The position numbers were made by a program, and so were the translations under genes. From NCBI GenBank assembly GCA_013265495.1, contig MU058037.1, forward strand, positions 1,241,498-1,305,497: a DNA stretch of 64,000 nucleotides. The letters are read 5' to 3'. The DNA comes from Vicugna vicugna (lineage: Eukaryota). The notes below the pieces were generated by a model that made no database searches, was not told the DNA's origin, and saw only the letters and a list, made by a program, of their open reading frames with translations. Within the stretch, counting starts at the first letter, position 1, and each line of letters opens with the position of its first letter. Shown here in pieces: positions 12,076 to 24,914 of the stretch.

Positions 12076-15000
12076 GGGGGGGGGGGGACGGAAGAGGGAA
12101 ACAGGGGCATAGAAACTCTCTGCCTTTACTGAAAGGCTTTGCAGTAGTGTAATTACCAAAGGCCTTGAAATAAAATAGACATGGCTTTGAATCAGATATC
12201 CCACTTAAAAGGTGAAAAACTTCAACAGGCCTATTTATTCAATTTCAAAATGGAAATAACAGGACTTACCATAGGGATGTTATGAGGATTATATAAAATG
12301 TGTTATGCGCTTAGGGCAATGGCTAGCCCAGGAGGCACTTAGTAAATATTGGCCTTTTTTGTTTTCAAAAAGATGTTCTGAAGAGAAACAAGGGGTATTT
12401 GCTTATAGCTTTGGCCTGAATGGAAACCGACTCCCAAAAGGAACAACAAACAGAAATGATAGTCCCAGTTATCTCTCCAGCTCCTTGCGGGGGGTGGGGG
12501 TGGGGGGTGGGTCTGAACCTGGGGTCCAAGGGCTCCGAAGGGGCCAGTGGACACAATTCAGGGGGTCTGCGAACTTGGATGGGAAAACATTTTCCACTAA
12601 CTGAAATTTAACATTTTCTTCAGTTATGCTTGTAAAACCACACATCAACTATATCTGGCCATTGTCACCAATGATCACACAACAGCTGAAATACTGACTT
12701 TCTCAGCACTACTGCAAAATTATGAAAGTCATGAAGGCCTGCAGCTAGACCGCATTTTTAATCTCTTACTAAAGAAGCACCTATGATTATTTACTATGTC
12801 ACCTATTTGGGGCTTATTTTGGAATTTTTAATTTAAATAATTGAGTTATTTTATGCATTTAAAATTCTTTCTGAGAAGTGCTCCACAGGCTTCCCCAATG
12901 AGGGTCAAAGGCACACAACTTAAGAACCCCCATGCTAAACCTTTTTCAGCTAAGCCTGTAATTCCCAAGCAGCCTTCTGTTCTTAATGTTTTAAACACGA
13001 TTATTGTTATAAAACTAATTTGTTGATTTGAACGGCACAAGTCACTTTATTTCCCTAAACTATAGATCAGTGATCCAAAAGACCCTCAGCATCAGCCAGG
13101 TTTCCCCCACTCGCTATCTTCTTAATTCTAAAGGTAAATAAATGTGTGCTTTGTTTTCACCTAGTGGACTTGAACTAGCTTTCCACCTTTACCATAGCAC
13201 CCACCGGGTTCATTTAACCAGGACTTCTCAAACATCTCTGATGTATCAGAACTGTGTTTAGGATAGACCCTGAAGGTATGTCTTCAAGGACACTCCCAGC
13301 CCAGAAGAAGTGGACATGGAAAGGAGGACTGCTACCTTTCCAGGGTAGGCAGAGGCCGGGCATACCTCACTCACCGCCGTCCATGCAGCACGCTCGCTCA
13401 CTGCTGCGCATAAACCAACCATGTATCCTCCACCAGCCCAGAGATGCTTCAACTATACAAATGTAGGACGTGTTTATTCTTGTTTGCCTCAGGCTGAGAA
13501 ATCACAAAATGTTTTCTGGGCTTGAGAGTCCTCGAGTCCAATACTTCACTTACATGATCAAAGATGAGATTTTTTTTCAGCAGAAATTAAGATTCACTGA
13601 GTTACCTCATCAGCCTGAACCAAACAGGTACCGCCAGCCCAACCTATAATTGCCCTCAGTGGCCCAGTGGCTGCTGGATACTAGCTGGCTTGCACTGGTA
13701 ACTAAGTTATACAGAATCGCAACATAATAACATAACAAAGTGGTTCAAGTTTAATTCCTCTAAAATCACATCATGGAACTGGAGCATTAGGAAGGATTAC
13801 TGACAAATGGGAAAAAGAACATGATTCCAGGCTCCACGGGCATTTGACTCACCCTTGAGTCACATCCAATACTCACATGCCAAGAGTAATGCCTTTTGAC
13901 TCATTATCATCAATTAAAATAAATGTTTTGGGAGACCTCACAGGTGGTAGATTTCTCACCAAGCGTCCCTTAATGAAAACCAAAGCCTTAGATTCTCGTT
14001 TAGCCAGACCCCTTTACAACTGTAGATACCTACGGACAGCAAGGGTGACATGCATCCCCTCAAAACCAAGTGATTGGGGGAAATGCAGTAAGAATCAGCT
14101 TTGTTACTTCCCAGTTTTGTAGGGACTCAAGCTCTCACACAGATGCATACCTACACATCCCCCTTAATATGGTTTCTTTCTAGAATGTTTTTCATCTTGC
14201 CATCTTTAAAATTAATCTGGGAATTAAGAATAACTAGCGGGGAATTCTCTCTCTTATTTTAACTTTCCCTTGGCACAACTAAATTATTTAGATGCCACTT
14301 CCACACTTTGCCCACTAGAACCTGCCAGTTCCCCCTGCTCCCTTCCAAACAGTCCATGCGTGGTTCTTTCTCCCTCTCTAGCCAGTGTCCACCCAAGATG
14401 TTCACGTTCTCTCGTTTTTTCTTCATACAGTTAAGTGAAGGTTTTTCCCGCTTTTACAGCAAAGCACAGAAGCCCAGTGTGGGCAACAATTTCAACAGAC
14501 AACACCTGAATTAAGCTAAAAACTGTTTAAGGCTTCAGGCAAGGACACTCAGACTGAGGGAAGTGCCAGAAGCTTCCGGCCTCATCCTGAGATTACCCTC
14601 TTCAGAGCCTAGAAAACCCACGCTCAACAAGCATAGGTGAGTGCTCCCACGTGTTTGCCACCAGAGAGACTTCCTAGAGTCAACTCTTAGCACCTGGGTG
14701 ACCCTGAACCACGGTTTCTTCCTCAAGCCTCACCCTCCTCAACTCTAAATTCAGTATGCTAGCACCTTCACTAAGCCCTAAAGCTGGCAGGATAACTAGT
14801 CAACAAAAGCTTTTAGCTAGCTCCAATCACCATTTTATCTCCTGATTCTCCCCAGTCGCTTCCCTCCCCTGCAGCCGCACCTAAGAAAGGAGGAAACTAA
14901 GAAATGCTTTGTCTTCTCCTCGTCACCTCCCCCCACCCAAATACGCTGATATTACTTAACAACCCGTGGTGTTTTACAGCAACTCCCTTAATATTAAAAG

Positions 15001-15639
15001 CCCTATGAAGTGTGCACCACCCTTCCCTTTTTTACCACAGAGAAAATGAGGCTCAGAAAGGTTGAGAAATAAAGCCGAAGTCCCAAGCAGACCTCACCAA
15101 GACAGGGAGCAAACCTACGTCTTTCTCCAAATCCTCAAAGCCTTTTTCCTTTTTCTCACTTTATGCCTTCGGAAATCCTTTCAATTTGGGGGAGAAAAAC
15201 GCAAAGTGAGTACTCAGAAGTTAAAAAAAAAAAAAAGGAGAGAAAGTGTGACAGTAATGTTTTCAATACTAACAGAAAAGGTGGCTCCAGCCAATTGAAA
15301 AAGCAAGACCTGGACGCAACGCTCCAAGTGGGAGGTACGGGAAGCAGATTCAAGTCTTTGGCAGTCACAGGTTTAAAAGCCACCAGAAAGTCCTACCCCT
15401 CCCCCCCACCGTGTTAGACGCACCCACAAAAAAGCATGCAAAATACCCTTCCTCGCCACAATTCCTACCGTCAGTCCCAACTTTCCCAGCCCTCTGTTCT
15501 GGTCGCCTATCAGTTCTTCCGAGCCTCCCTGATTCGGGGAGTTTACAGTTCCCGCGCTCCGACCTCACCAACCCCCCCAATAATATGATCATCGTTTCCT
15601 TTTCCCGTGCCCCGTCCCTTTCCGGGGAATCTGTCTCCT

Positions 15640-16500
15640 ACGCAGACAGCTAAGAATTCTGCGAGCACCACGCGGTCCTGCCCCAGCCCCGGCTCCCACG
15701 AGGGGAGCCCCCGCCCCCGGGGGGGAATTACCCGCCTCGGGGAACGGGAAAAGGTCCCGCGGGCGGCCCTGCACGCCCCCCGCCCCTGTGCCCATGCCCC
15801 GGCGGGGGCCTGCGGACCCCGGGAGTCTTCCTCCCGCGCGGGGGGCAGCCAAGCCCGCGGGGATCGCGGGTGGGCGACCCGGGCCCCAAAGGGCGGCTCG
15901 ATCGGGGTCGGAGAGGGACCTGGCGGGCCCCTCCAGGCCCCGCGCCGCCCCCGCCGGCTGGACGGAGCGCAGTGCGAGCAGGAGCGCGGCCTCCGCGCGG
16001 GCGCCGGTGCACGCGGCAGCCCCGGAGCCGCCCGATTGGCGCCGAGCATGAAGTCGAGGGTGCTGTGCCGTGCTGCTGCCATAGTGAGGCGAGGCCCTGT
16101 GCCATGCCTAGGGCAGGCGGCCGGGGAGACAGGGGGCCTCGAGGCGTGTCAGGCTGCGGCCGGCGGGGAGTGCGCCGCGCCGGGGAGGCCCAGGGTAGGA
16201 GGTGGGAGGGACAGCCGGGAGCCACCCGGGGCGCGGGGGCGGGGTCGGGCCCGCCTCCGGGAGGGAGGACTTGAGGACGCCCGCCGCCCCGAACTCCGAG
16301 CGCCGGGTGTGAGGCCGCGCTAAGGCAATGGTGGAAACGTGGGCGCTGTGCTCCCTGGCGTGCGTCACCAATGGCCGCGCCCTGCGCCGAGGATCGGGCG
16401 GGCGGTCCCCACCATCCGTTAGGTCACCTTAGGTTTAAACAGCGCCGCATGACTTCCGGGGGGCCCACCCCTGCACTTCCCCAGACTGGCCCCCGAGCCC
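15640..16500. promoter_or_regulatory. SMS: CpG island / SMS promoter and 5' UTR
   Basis: Abrupt very GC- and CpG-rich segment in otherwise CpG-depleted DNA. GC box GGGGCGGGG near 16236-16244; half-CRE CGTCA at 16363-16367 adjacent to CCAAT at 16368-16372. Confidence 0.9.
16034..16082 (-). CDS. SMS: Spermine synthase, coding part of exon 1 (MAAARHSTLDFMLGA...); 3' boundary placed by homology because no canonical donor is present
   Basis: The minus-strand translation MAAARHSTLDFMLGA matches the mammalian spermine synthase N-terminus as I recall it. The ATG is in strong context (cactATGG), lies in a CpG island, and has MBTPS2 upstream on the same strand as on human Xp22. Confidence 0.93.
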
Positions 16501-17469
16501 AGGCCCCTCTGATTTCCTGGCCAAGCCCAGAAAATAAAATGCTGGGATCCACCCTAGAGCCTAAAAGTACTGCCGCCTTTTTCTTAACTCTTCTAAGGCT
16601 GCAGTTTAATCCATTAGAATTGTCATGTCCATTATCAGGAGCCAGGGCCGGCTTTGCATTTCAGCACCGAAGAGAAAGCTCGTGGATTTTCAAGTTTGTT
16701 ACCTACTTTTTCGCGAAATTGGGAATGGGGAGGAAGCAAGTGAGAGGAAAACGGTGTAAACGTTGATTGGGAAATGACAGCTTCTGAAGTTGCTTCTCCA
16801 TCACTGATGTCTCCATTGGTGGCACTGAACCTCGGCCGTGGGCTCGTCTGACTTCGGGGTTATGCCTGGTGTTCCACAAGATGTGACAAAGAGAGAACAT
16901 CAGTGTCTGCACTAAAGCCCTCCTTTATTACACTGACAGTATCACTGGTCAAATGCCTCCATCATCCCATCAGTCCTCAGTGCCTCGGTGTTCAGAAGCT
17001 CCGTACAAATTGCTGTAATGGCTGGAAAGAGCTGAGATCACTGAACTCTTGTGCTTCCACAAGCGCAGGAGGAACCTAGATATTAAACTCATTTCTCCCG
17101 TAAACATTCCCTAGTGGCCTTTTTGCCCCAGTCCTTTCTACAAGAACTGCGCAATGTCTTCACAACTGTTCTTCAACAGATCATCCTGTTAAGAACTGCA
17201 TTCCCTTTTATGTCCCCTACATTAATTTTCTCCTGCCCAGGCCACCTGTTTGTTGCCCTGCCTCTTTTCCTTTCTTTGGATCCCAGAGTTTTCTATTTCC
17301 ATAGCTGTTCCACTATCTCAGCCTTGAGTCTCTGTTCATCAGACTGCAGCTCCTGCTTGCTTCCTGGGCTGTTCTCCAGTTCATGCCATTCCTCCGGAGT
17401 CAGGTCCCTGGAAAGCAGTTGTTGTCCTCTGCCACGTTGCAGGGGCCCAGGTCTCCAGTGTGCCTCTCT

Positions 17470-17636
17470 TATCCGCAGCATGGAACCTGTGCAGTGACAC
17501 AGGGCCTCACACTCCGAAGGGCTCTGCACTTGCCTTAACTCTCCACTCTTGCTGTCTTGAAATTGTTAATAATTTGTGAACGAGGGCCCTGTGTTTTCAT
17601 TTTGTGCTGGGCCTGCAAATTATGTAGCCGGTCCTG
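17470..17636. mobile_element. MER91-like hAT-Tip100 element
   Basis: cctgtgcagtgacacagggc...gtcttgaaattgttaataattt...gggcctgcaaattatgtagccggtcctg. Confidence 0.65.
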
Positions 17637-18396
17637 CTCAGCAGCTTGTGTCCTGCAGGGCAGATGGCAGCAGCCAGCAGCCAGTGCTAGTGCCCCGCCT
17701 CGCTTCTGCAGGTGTGAAATAGGTGGAAATGAAAGTCCTTGAGATGCTCTGCCATTAACTAATCAGACAGCCACAACCAAAGTGGAGTTTAACAAAAACA
17801 CTTCATCAAGTTAGTATAGCATCAGAGATAAAGGGGCCTTGAAAAGGAGGCAACATTGTTGCGGTGATTTTAGGAGTTACTGTCAGAATGTATCACCTAC
17901 CATAGTGCATGTACCGCCTACCAGTGACACAGTCTTGGCAAGATTGTTAAAGGTGGGACATGGACAGGAATCAAGGGCTTGAGGCCTTTTTAAATACCTC
18001 CCACTGAGCTGTGAGTACCTATTCGGATTCTGGAATGTGTCCTCATTGCCTGAGTTTTATAGTCTAGCCCCCTGGCTTCAAGGCCTGTTAGAGGACAAGT
18101 AATCACTTTGTTGTGAGAATCGTTTGTGTTAGAGTTGACCAGTATATCCTGTGCGATTTTTGTCACATCAGAGAATTCAGCAAGGTATCCTGCAACAAAA
18201 AAAGAGAGACTTACCCAGCTCCAGCCTGCATTCTCAAAACAGCCTCCTAATCAACAAAATCTTGGCAATGATGAAAATGTGGCTTATCATGGATTAATGT
18301 CCTCTCGCCTGCCTTTGTGTGCCCTGGGCCAAAAGGAGGCCTGAAGCAGAGAAAAGCAGCCCCTGGCATCCGTCAGGAGCTGGCCGGGAGCTCTCC

Positions 18397-18810
18397 TGTT
18401 GAGCATGAACAATTCTCCAGAACACCAACATCAGACCAGGCCACTCTGTGAGCAGGATGGGCCAGGACAAAAACAAGACCGCTCTGGAATCATGTTAGAA
18501 CCCGGACAAAGCAGGAACTTGTCCAAACCACAAAAGTCACCCAACGGCCCTGGCTTCTGACTCATCTGAGAGACTGCAGCTTCTTCACTAACCCCAGCCT
18601 GGTTGTCTGGTCTTCCCACTTCTCGGGAAGATTACTAAGAACCTGATCATGGAATCACCCCTGCTTCCTGACAGCATCCAACCCAGGGCAGTGCCCGGCT
18701 TCCTTAAATGCTCCCCGAAGCACCTGACACAGGCCCCACTCCTAGTGCGGTCCTTCCTGACAGCCTGTTGCTGGGATGCCCCACAGTTCCCCATGGAGTA
18801 TGGCTGTTCC
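18397..18810. mobile_element. Old ERV1-type LTR fragment (MER89/MER90/MER110-like)
   Basis: tgaacaattctccagaacaccaacatcagaccaggccactctgtga...caaaaacaagacc...cctgcttcctgacagcatccaa. Confidence 0.5.
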
Positions 18811-19569
18811 ACTGCAGGTGTTCCTGGAAGGGGCGGGGTGGCGGAGGAGTGGCTGGAGGGCAGTGACAATAAGATGAAGTCAATACTTAGAATAGAAAAA
18901 CTGTAGGTGACCCTCTCAGCAAAATGCTACTTAGTGTTAGATATTACTCTTATCCAAAACTGACGTTCACACGGGCCCGTCTGCTTATTGGCAGTCTAGC
19001 CAACTTGCACATCTGCAATGTTGCAACAGTTTTTAAAAACTCTGAGGAAGAGCCACACTATCCTGCACAGTTAGCAACAGTCACTGCCTCCTGGGAAGAA
19101 GAAAATCAACAACAGAAAAGAACTCTCTGTTAAAAAAGAAGGCAGTGGTGGTGGCAGGGAAATGGGGGTGCTAACTGGAAACCTCCCCAGGTTGCAAGAA
19201 CCCACAGGCCACCTTTTGGGCTGGTGGCCCAAACCTTCCTTGTGAAGGAAGGGTGGGGGACACTACCCAGTAGCCTGTTGTTTTATTGTTTGGTTGTTTT
19301 GCTTTTGTACCAGTTCACCTGGGACCCTGGGAGACATTCTGCCTCCCTGCCCTGTGTGTGCAGCTGTGGTGAAATCACTTCCTCTAAAACAACAACAACA
19401 ACAACAACAAAAACTGGCTTTAGCTATTAGGGTTGCAATGGCTGACAGAAATCTGGATCACTCCCTTGCCATTTTTCAGATGAATGTGGGCCTCACCCAG
19501 CTGGTTAAACACAATTTAAATTTCTGATTAAAATGAATGTATAACTGAGAGGGGCCTACAATCTTTTGA

Positions 19570-19730
19570 TACTGTGATTCTCAGCTTTGGCTGCACATTG
19601 GAATCACCTAGGGAGCTTTAAAAACTACTGCTGCTGCCTGGGCCCTGACCCAGGTACAGCCCAGATATCAGGTTGTTAAAATAAATAAGTAAAAATCCAG
19701 GAGATTCCAATGCAAAGTGCAGCGTGAACC
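19570..19730. mobile_element. MER5-like element
   Basis: ttctcagctttggctgcacattggaatcacctagggagctttaaaaa...ggagattccaatgc. Confidence 0.65.
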
Positions 19731-19734
19731 CCAA

Positions 19735-20422
19735 TCGATACACCCACGAGGATGGCTCTGACACAAGTAAATACATACATTTTGAAAGCCAAAAAATAAC
19801 AAGTGTTGGCGAGGATGTGGAGGAATTGCTGGTGGGAATGTAAAATGGTGCAGCCGCTGTGAAAAACAGTTTGGCGGTTCCCTAAAACATTCAACATACA
19901 GTTACCACGAGACCCAGCAATTCCACTCTTGGGTATGTACCCGAGAGGAAGGAAAACAGGTGTGCAAACAAAAACTGGTACACAAATGGTTATAGCAGCA
20001 CTATTTACAATGGCCCAAATTTCCATCAACAGATGAATGGCTAAACAAACGATTATTCAGCCATTAAAAGGAATAAGTCCTGACACATGGCACAGCAGAG
20101 GTGAACCTCGAAAACACTACACCAAATGGAAGAAGCCAGTCACAAAAGGACAAATACTGTATGATTCCACTTGAAATGTCCAGAATAGGTAAATTCTTGG
20201 AGACAAAAGTTGGGTTAGTACATGACAGGGGCTGAGGGGAGGAGAAAGGTGAAATGACTGGTTAATGGTATGGGATTTCCTTTTAGGGGATGAAAATGCC
20301 TTGGAATTAGATACAAGTGGTAGTTGCACCAAACTGTAAATGTACTAAATGGCAGTGCATTTTTCACTGTGAAATGGCTAATTCTATGTTATATACATTG
20401 TATCTCAATTTAAAAAAGAAAA
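19735..20422 (+). mobile_element. L1MB-like 3' end
   Basis: aataacaagtgttggcgaggatgtggag, gacccagcaattccactcttgggtat, tccatcaacagatgaatgg, ending in an A-rich tail. Confidence 0.88.
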
Positions 20423-20629
20423 AAGACCTGTGGCCAAACCAAGTTGGTAAGGCAAAACAGGTAGAACTATATAGAAATTTTTAATGAGGTGAACCTCATC
20501 ACCTGAAGCAAATTTCAAGTAAATGCCTGATGGGGTGGCATTGAAGTGAGGCGTTTGCAAAAAGGTGCAGAAACCAGCTTCCTGGCTGTAGTTTTCCCAC
20601 AGAAAAGCATTCTCCAGCTTCAAATGCTA

Positions 20630-21330
20630 ACTTATTTAAACCTTACCACAGCCCTAAGAGGTAGGAGCAATGATCCCCATTTTATAAATGGATTAACTGA
20701 GGCACAAAGAGGTTCGGTAGTTAGAAAGTGGCAGAGCCAGTACTCGAACCCAAGCAGGTGGCTCCAGAGTCTGGCTATTCACCCGTTCATGGTGCTGCCT
20801 GATTGTCCTGCCTGTTGTGTCAAAGTGCCCCCCTTTTCTTACAACTCCTCAAAGCCAAGGTGCATGAGTCAGCCTCCCTCCCACAAGCAGGTGCCCACTC
20901 CCCAACAGAGAGTGTGACTAGAGAGGGTGTCTGGCTTTCCTCCTCTCTGGAGCGATTGCCTATCTCCACCAAACAATTTCTGGGGTGAATTCCTACTCAA
21001 CCTCTTACTAGCTGTGTGACAGTGGACAGGGTCATCAACCTCTCTGTACCTCCTTCCTCCCCTCTGAAAAAATGGAGCTAATAACAGTACCCACATCATA
21101 GAGCTGTTGTGAGGATGAAATGAATAAATATATGACAAGCACAGAGGGCAGTATCTGACACATGACAAGTATTCAATAAATGGCTACGGGGACGAGGATG
21201 CTGATATTATTACTAAGGCACACCCTACCCTAGGCAATAAGCTCCTTCAGGACTCCTGACTTTTCATCCTTGGGTTCCCAGTGCTTATCACTGTGCCTGG
21301 CACACAGTAGGCCCTCAATATCTGTCCTCT
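20630..21330. mobile_element. MIR and L2 fragments
   Basis: ccccattttataaatggattaactgaggcacaaagaggtt; ctcttactagctgtgtgac...gagctgttgtgaggatgaaatga; cccagtgcttatcactgtgcctggcacacagtaggccctcaata. Confidence 0.7.
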
Positions 21331-21487
21331 GAAATGAACTGAGGACTAGAGCATGTGCTTAATACCCCAATGGACCCCAAGCAGAGACCACATTCTCTGG
21401 GTCGGCGAAGCAAACAAAGTGACAGCCAGCGAACTCTGTTCCCCACTCTGGACTTCCCCACTTTCTTCCCCATCATTCGACTCATGC

Positions 21488-21850
21488 AGTCTGCCCTCTG
21501 TATCCGTGAGTTCCGCTTCTGCAGAGTCCGCGTCTGCAGATTCAACCAACCTCAAGTTGAAAGTGTTCAAAAAACAAATTCCAGAAAGTCCCAAAAAGTG
21601 AAACTTGAATTTGCCCATGTACTGGCAACTATCTACACAGCATTTACATTAAATTTATAACTATTTACATAGAATTTATATTGTATTAGGTATTACAGGT
21701 AACCTAGAGATTGTTGTAAGATACTAGAGGATGTGCTTAGGTTGGTTAAATACAAACACTATGCTATTTGATATAACTTGAGCCTCCTCAGATTTTGTTA
21801 TCTTAGGGGGGTCCTAGAACTGATCCCCTACAGATGCTGTGGGACAACTG
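21488..21850. mobile_element. MER2-like TcMar-Tigger element
   Basis: TIRs cagtctgccctctgtatc ... gatgctgtgggacaactg(ta); internal gattcaaccaacctc and aacctagagat. Confidence 0.8.
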
Positions 21851-23329
21851 TATTCCTGACCCTCAGGGTGCCAGTCAGTCCACGGCTCATTCAGAAGCCC
21901 CTTAAGAGTTCACTGGTAGAACTCTCTGGATGATTCTTTAAGAAAAGTAAATGACAAAATAGGTTTTCCTCAAGACATTTTGAGCCAGTCCCCCGAGTGC
22001 CAGTCATAATCCTCATTCGTGTCCCTGCTGACCCTTGTCACAAAAGGATGAGAAGTTGGTTCCTGCTATTACCCCGCAGCCACTTTCCTCATCCCTGCAG
22101 ACTCCAAGTGCCCTGAGATGTGTCCACGCCTGCCCTCCTTTTTCCAAGTGAAATACTGTCCAACCCACCCACCCCACTTCCTCCTCTCCTCTCATTTCCA
22201 GCAAAGAATGGTGCAGTACGGGGAGGGGAGACTGAATGGCTGTAATGCACTACCTAAGTGCCTATGCTCAAATAATGACACAATCAAAATTATTACCAAA
22301 GCAAATAACAGAGCATGTTTTGATCCAAAATGTAATGTTCTGACCTCTCATCTGACTGAAGCATTTACCACAGCTATACTCAAAGATATGACTAAATTTT
22401 CAACTGTTAGTGCTATTAAATACATACTTTTCTGTAAGATGGAGTCCTTACTTCCTTGGTCTCTAGAGGCAGTTTGCAGAATGGTTAGGATGAGGGCCTT
22501 TGTCAGCCAGCCTGGATCGTAATCTTGATTCCTCCACTTGCTTGCAGGTGATCTTTGACAAATGATCTAATCTTTCTAAGTTTCTTCAGCTATGAAGGAG
22601 GTATCATAACAGCATCTCTTTCACAGAGGATAAAATAAATGAGAATTCAATATATTAGGATTAAATAAATGAGGATTAAATAAATTAATAGAAGTACTGC
22701 ACTTAGAAAAGTGCCTGGCACATAGAACATAGAATGATTAGTTATTATTAATGAGTTAAGACTGCTGTTTAGCTGGTAGTTTCCTTTACCCCAGCCCAAA
22801 TGGTGAGTACCCTGGGGTTTACAGGGCTTCCCGTGTTTCAGTTAGCATTTCCTAGAGTAGAGATAAAAGATTTCCAAAGCCCACAGAGTCCTCTTGTCTT
22901 AAATGTATTTCATACAACAGCCAGAGGTAGTCCCAGAAGCTGATTGCAGTGAGTTGGGTATGAGCCGCCATTCTGCAGCACCGTGCCCTTTCTCCTGCCC
23001 GACACGGGTTGTGTCCTGAAACACCTCCTTTCCCCAGTGGGAAAGCCCACGTGTGAGCGTTCAAGGCCCAGCTCAGGTGTCACTCCTAATTCAGGCAGAG
23101 CTGATTGCTTGTTTGCTTGCTCACCCGTGCTCCCACAGCACAGTGGCCAGCACTCCAGTGAAGAACCTTCCACCTTGCACTAGTGGTAGCATGCTAGTGC
23201 TCGTCCAACTAGACCTGTGCTTCTCTCCAGCCAACTGTCCTTCCCTCATGGGACAAAAATCCAGAAAGTGTGAGGGACCAGCCCAAGGTTAGATGCTTGT
23301 TAGTAAAATGAAGTCTCAGGGATCACGAC

Positions 23330-23784
23330 TGTAAGCAGAAAGGGTAAGGGGTCCCCGGAGAAAGAGAACCAGGCGTGGCTTTCTTGACATAAGAGAAACC
23401 ATTTTGGCCTGAGTCAGGCCACGATGCTGTACTTGAACAGACCTCAGCAATTCCTGATCTTAAGGGAAGTGAGGGAATGCAGGAACAAAGGAAAAGCAGT
23501 CAAGAAACAAGTTCAGCAATAAAACAGAGTCCGAGTTCCTCCTCAAGGGATTTACGGAACAACCTGACACTTTCAGCTCTGGAGGAACTAAGGCCCCCAC
23601 CCAGGTGGAGGATGGGAGGAGGATGTTGACCTTTTCTGACCCTCATGACTCCAATCCACTAAAGCTTGGACTTTCTCAACCTTTGCCCAAAGCTGCCAGT
23701 ATCCTCCCTTCTTCCGATCTTTGGCCTGGTTGTGTCTTTTGGCTCGACAGCCACCGAGGGGCAAACCCAGTTTTTCAGGTAACA
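23330..23784 (+). mobile_element. ERV solo LTR (~455 bp)
   Basis: TGTAAG...GGTAACA termini, flanks cgac/ggac (near 4-bp TSD), internal LTR-like sequence. Confidence 0.7.
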
Positions 23785-24914
23785 GGACCCGGGCGCCCCA
23801 GTTCTCAGGCCAGGGCTCTTTTCTTTAACCTACGTTGTCCTTATGTCCAGCTTCCATTACCAAATGTCCACCAAGGGCCACAGTATTTGTAAAGCACTGT
23901 GAGTTCTTTAAACATGTCATTTCTAATCCTCCCAACCCAGCAAGATTTATTCCTTATTTAAAGACATAGACACTGAGGCCAAGTGACCTGCTTAAGGCCA
24001 CATGCCGGTATGGGACAGAGCGAGGCTTTCAGTGTGGGTCAGTCTGACTCCAAAGTCAGGAGAATTTCTAGTCTATCAGGTTGCTGCTCAGGGCTGGAAA
24101 TGAGAGCAGAAAAAAAGCGCTGAATGGTTCATTTAGAACACACTCATTTTACATGCAGACAATTGTTGTTTTAAGGAAAGGGTAGAAGAAAAAGAGAGAT
24201 TAGATTTTGGCATGCAAAGGCAAAACAATAAATATTCTTTTTTCCTGTTCCTGGATCCCATTGCAGCTTCTTCAAAGCAAGTGAATTTATGCATGTTGAC
24301 ACAGCTCTTATTTTAAAATCTTCTTTGGCTCAGTTTTCAGCTTCTTCCCCTTGGCGCAACCAGATGCATGACTCCCCTCTGAGAATCTGCCTAAAATCAT
24401 TATGCAGCAGTTACTATTAAGATCCACACTACAAAAATAATTCACTTCTCTCCACTCAGCCACAGGTTTCTTCTGGTTTTATAGTGTATTTCCTGGCATA
24501 TCACCATGTTAATCATAAAGGTCTTGTACTTTAAGGATACATTAATATTAATATTGAAAAAGTAGTTTCATTCCATCAGGAAGTTTATCCTTTTTTCTAA
24601 ATTATTTACAAGTATATAGTTTTCTCATTTTTGTTTGAAATAGTAGATCTTGTTTCAATCTAAGTATACCTGTTGACATTACAACTCCACAAGTAAAAAT
24701 GAATAGATATTATTTTATACTTGCTTCCTTAGAAAAACACCAGGTTACTGCACTTCAGTTATTTGCAATTAATCAACACTGATTTAGAAACTTCACATTA
24801 TCATGCTAGTGCAAAAAAGAAAAACATACTGCAACACGAGATGCTTGCCAAATGGGAAAAATAAAGCTCAGAGAACATTCCATTGCTGTTATAAAGCAAC
24901 GGCAAGATCTTCAA

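Larger units (their letters stand above)
1..16033 (-). other. SMS: SMS intron 1 (partial; exon 2 lies beyond the left edge)
   Basis: No sequence encoding the next SMS residues (ADGETILKGLQ...) was found on the minus strand in 1-16033; the region is repeats and unique non-coding DNA. Confidence 0.8.

Noticed and set aside
15543..16033. 179-aa ORF extending SMS exon 1, and the other long GC-rich ORFs at 15589-16766
   Set aside because: Low-complexity Pro/Arg/Gly/Ala translations in several frames are expected in a stop-poor CpG island; similarity to SMS ends after residue 15.
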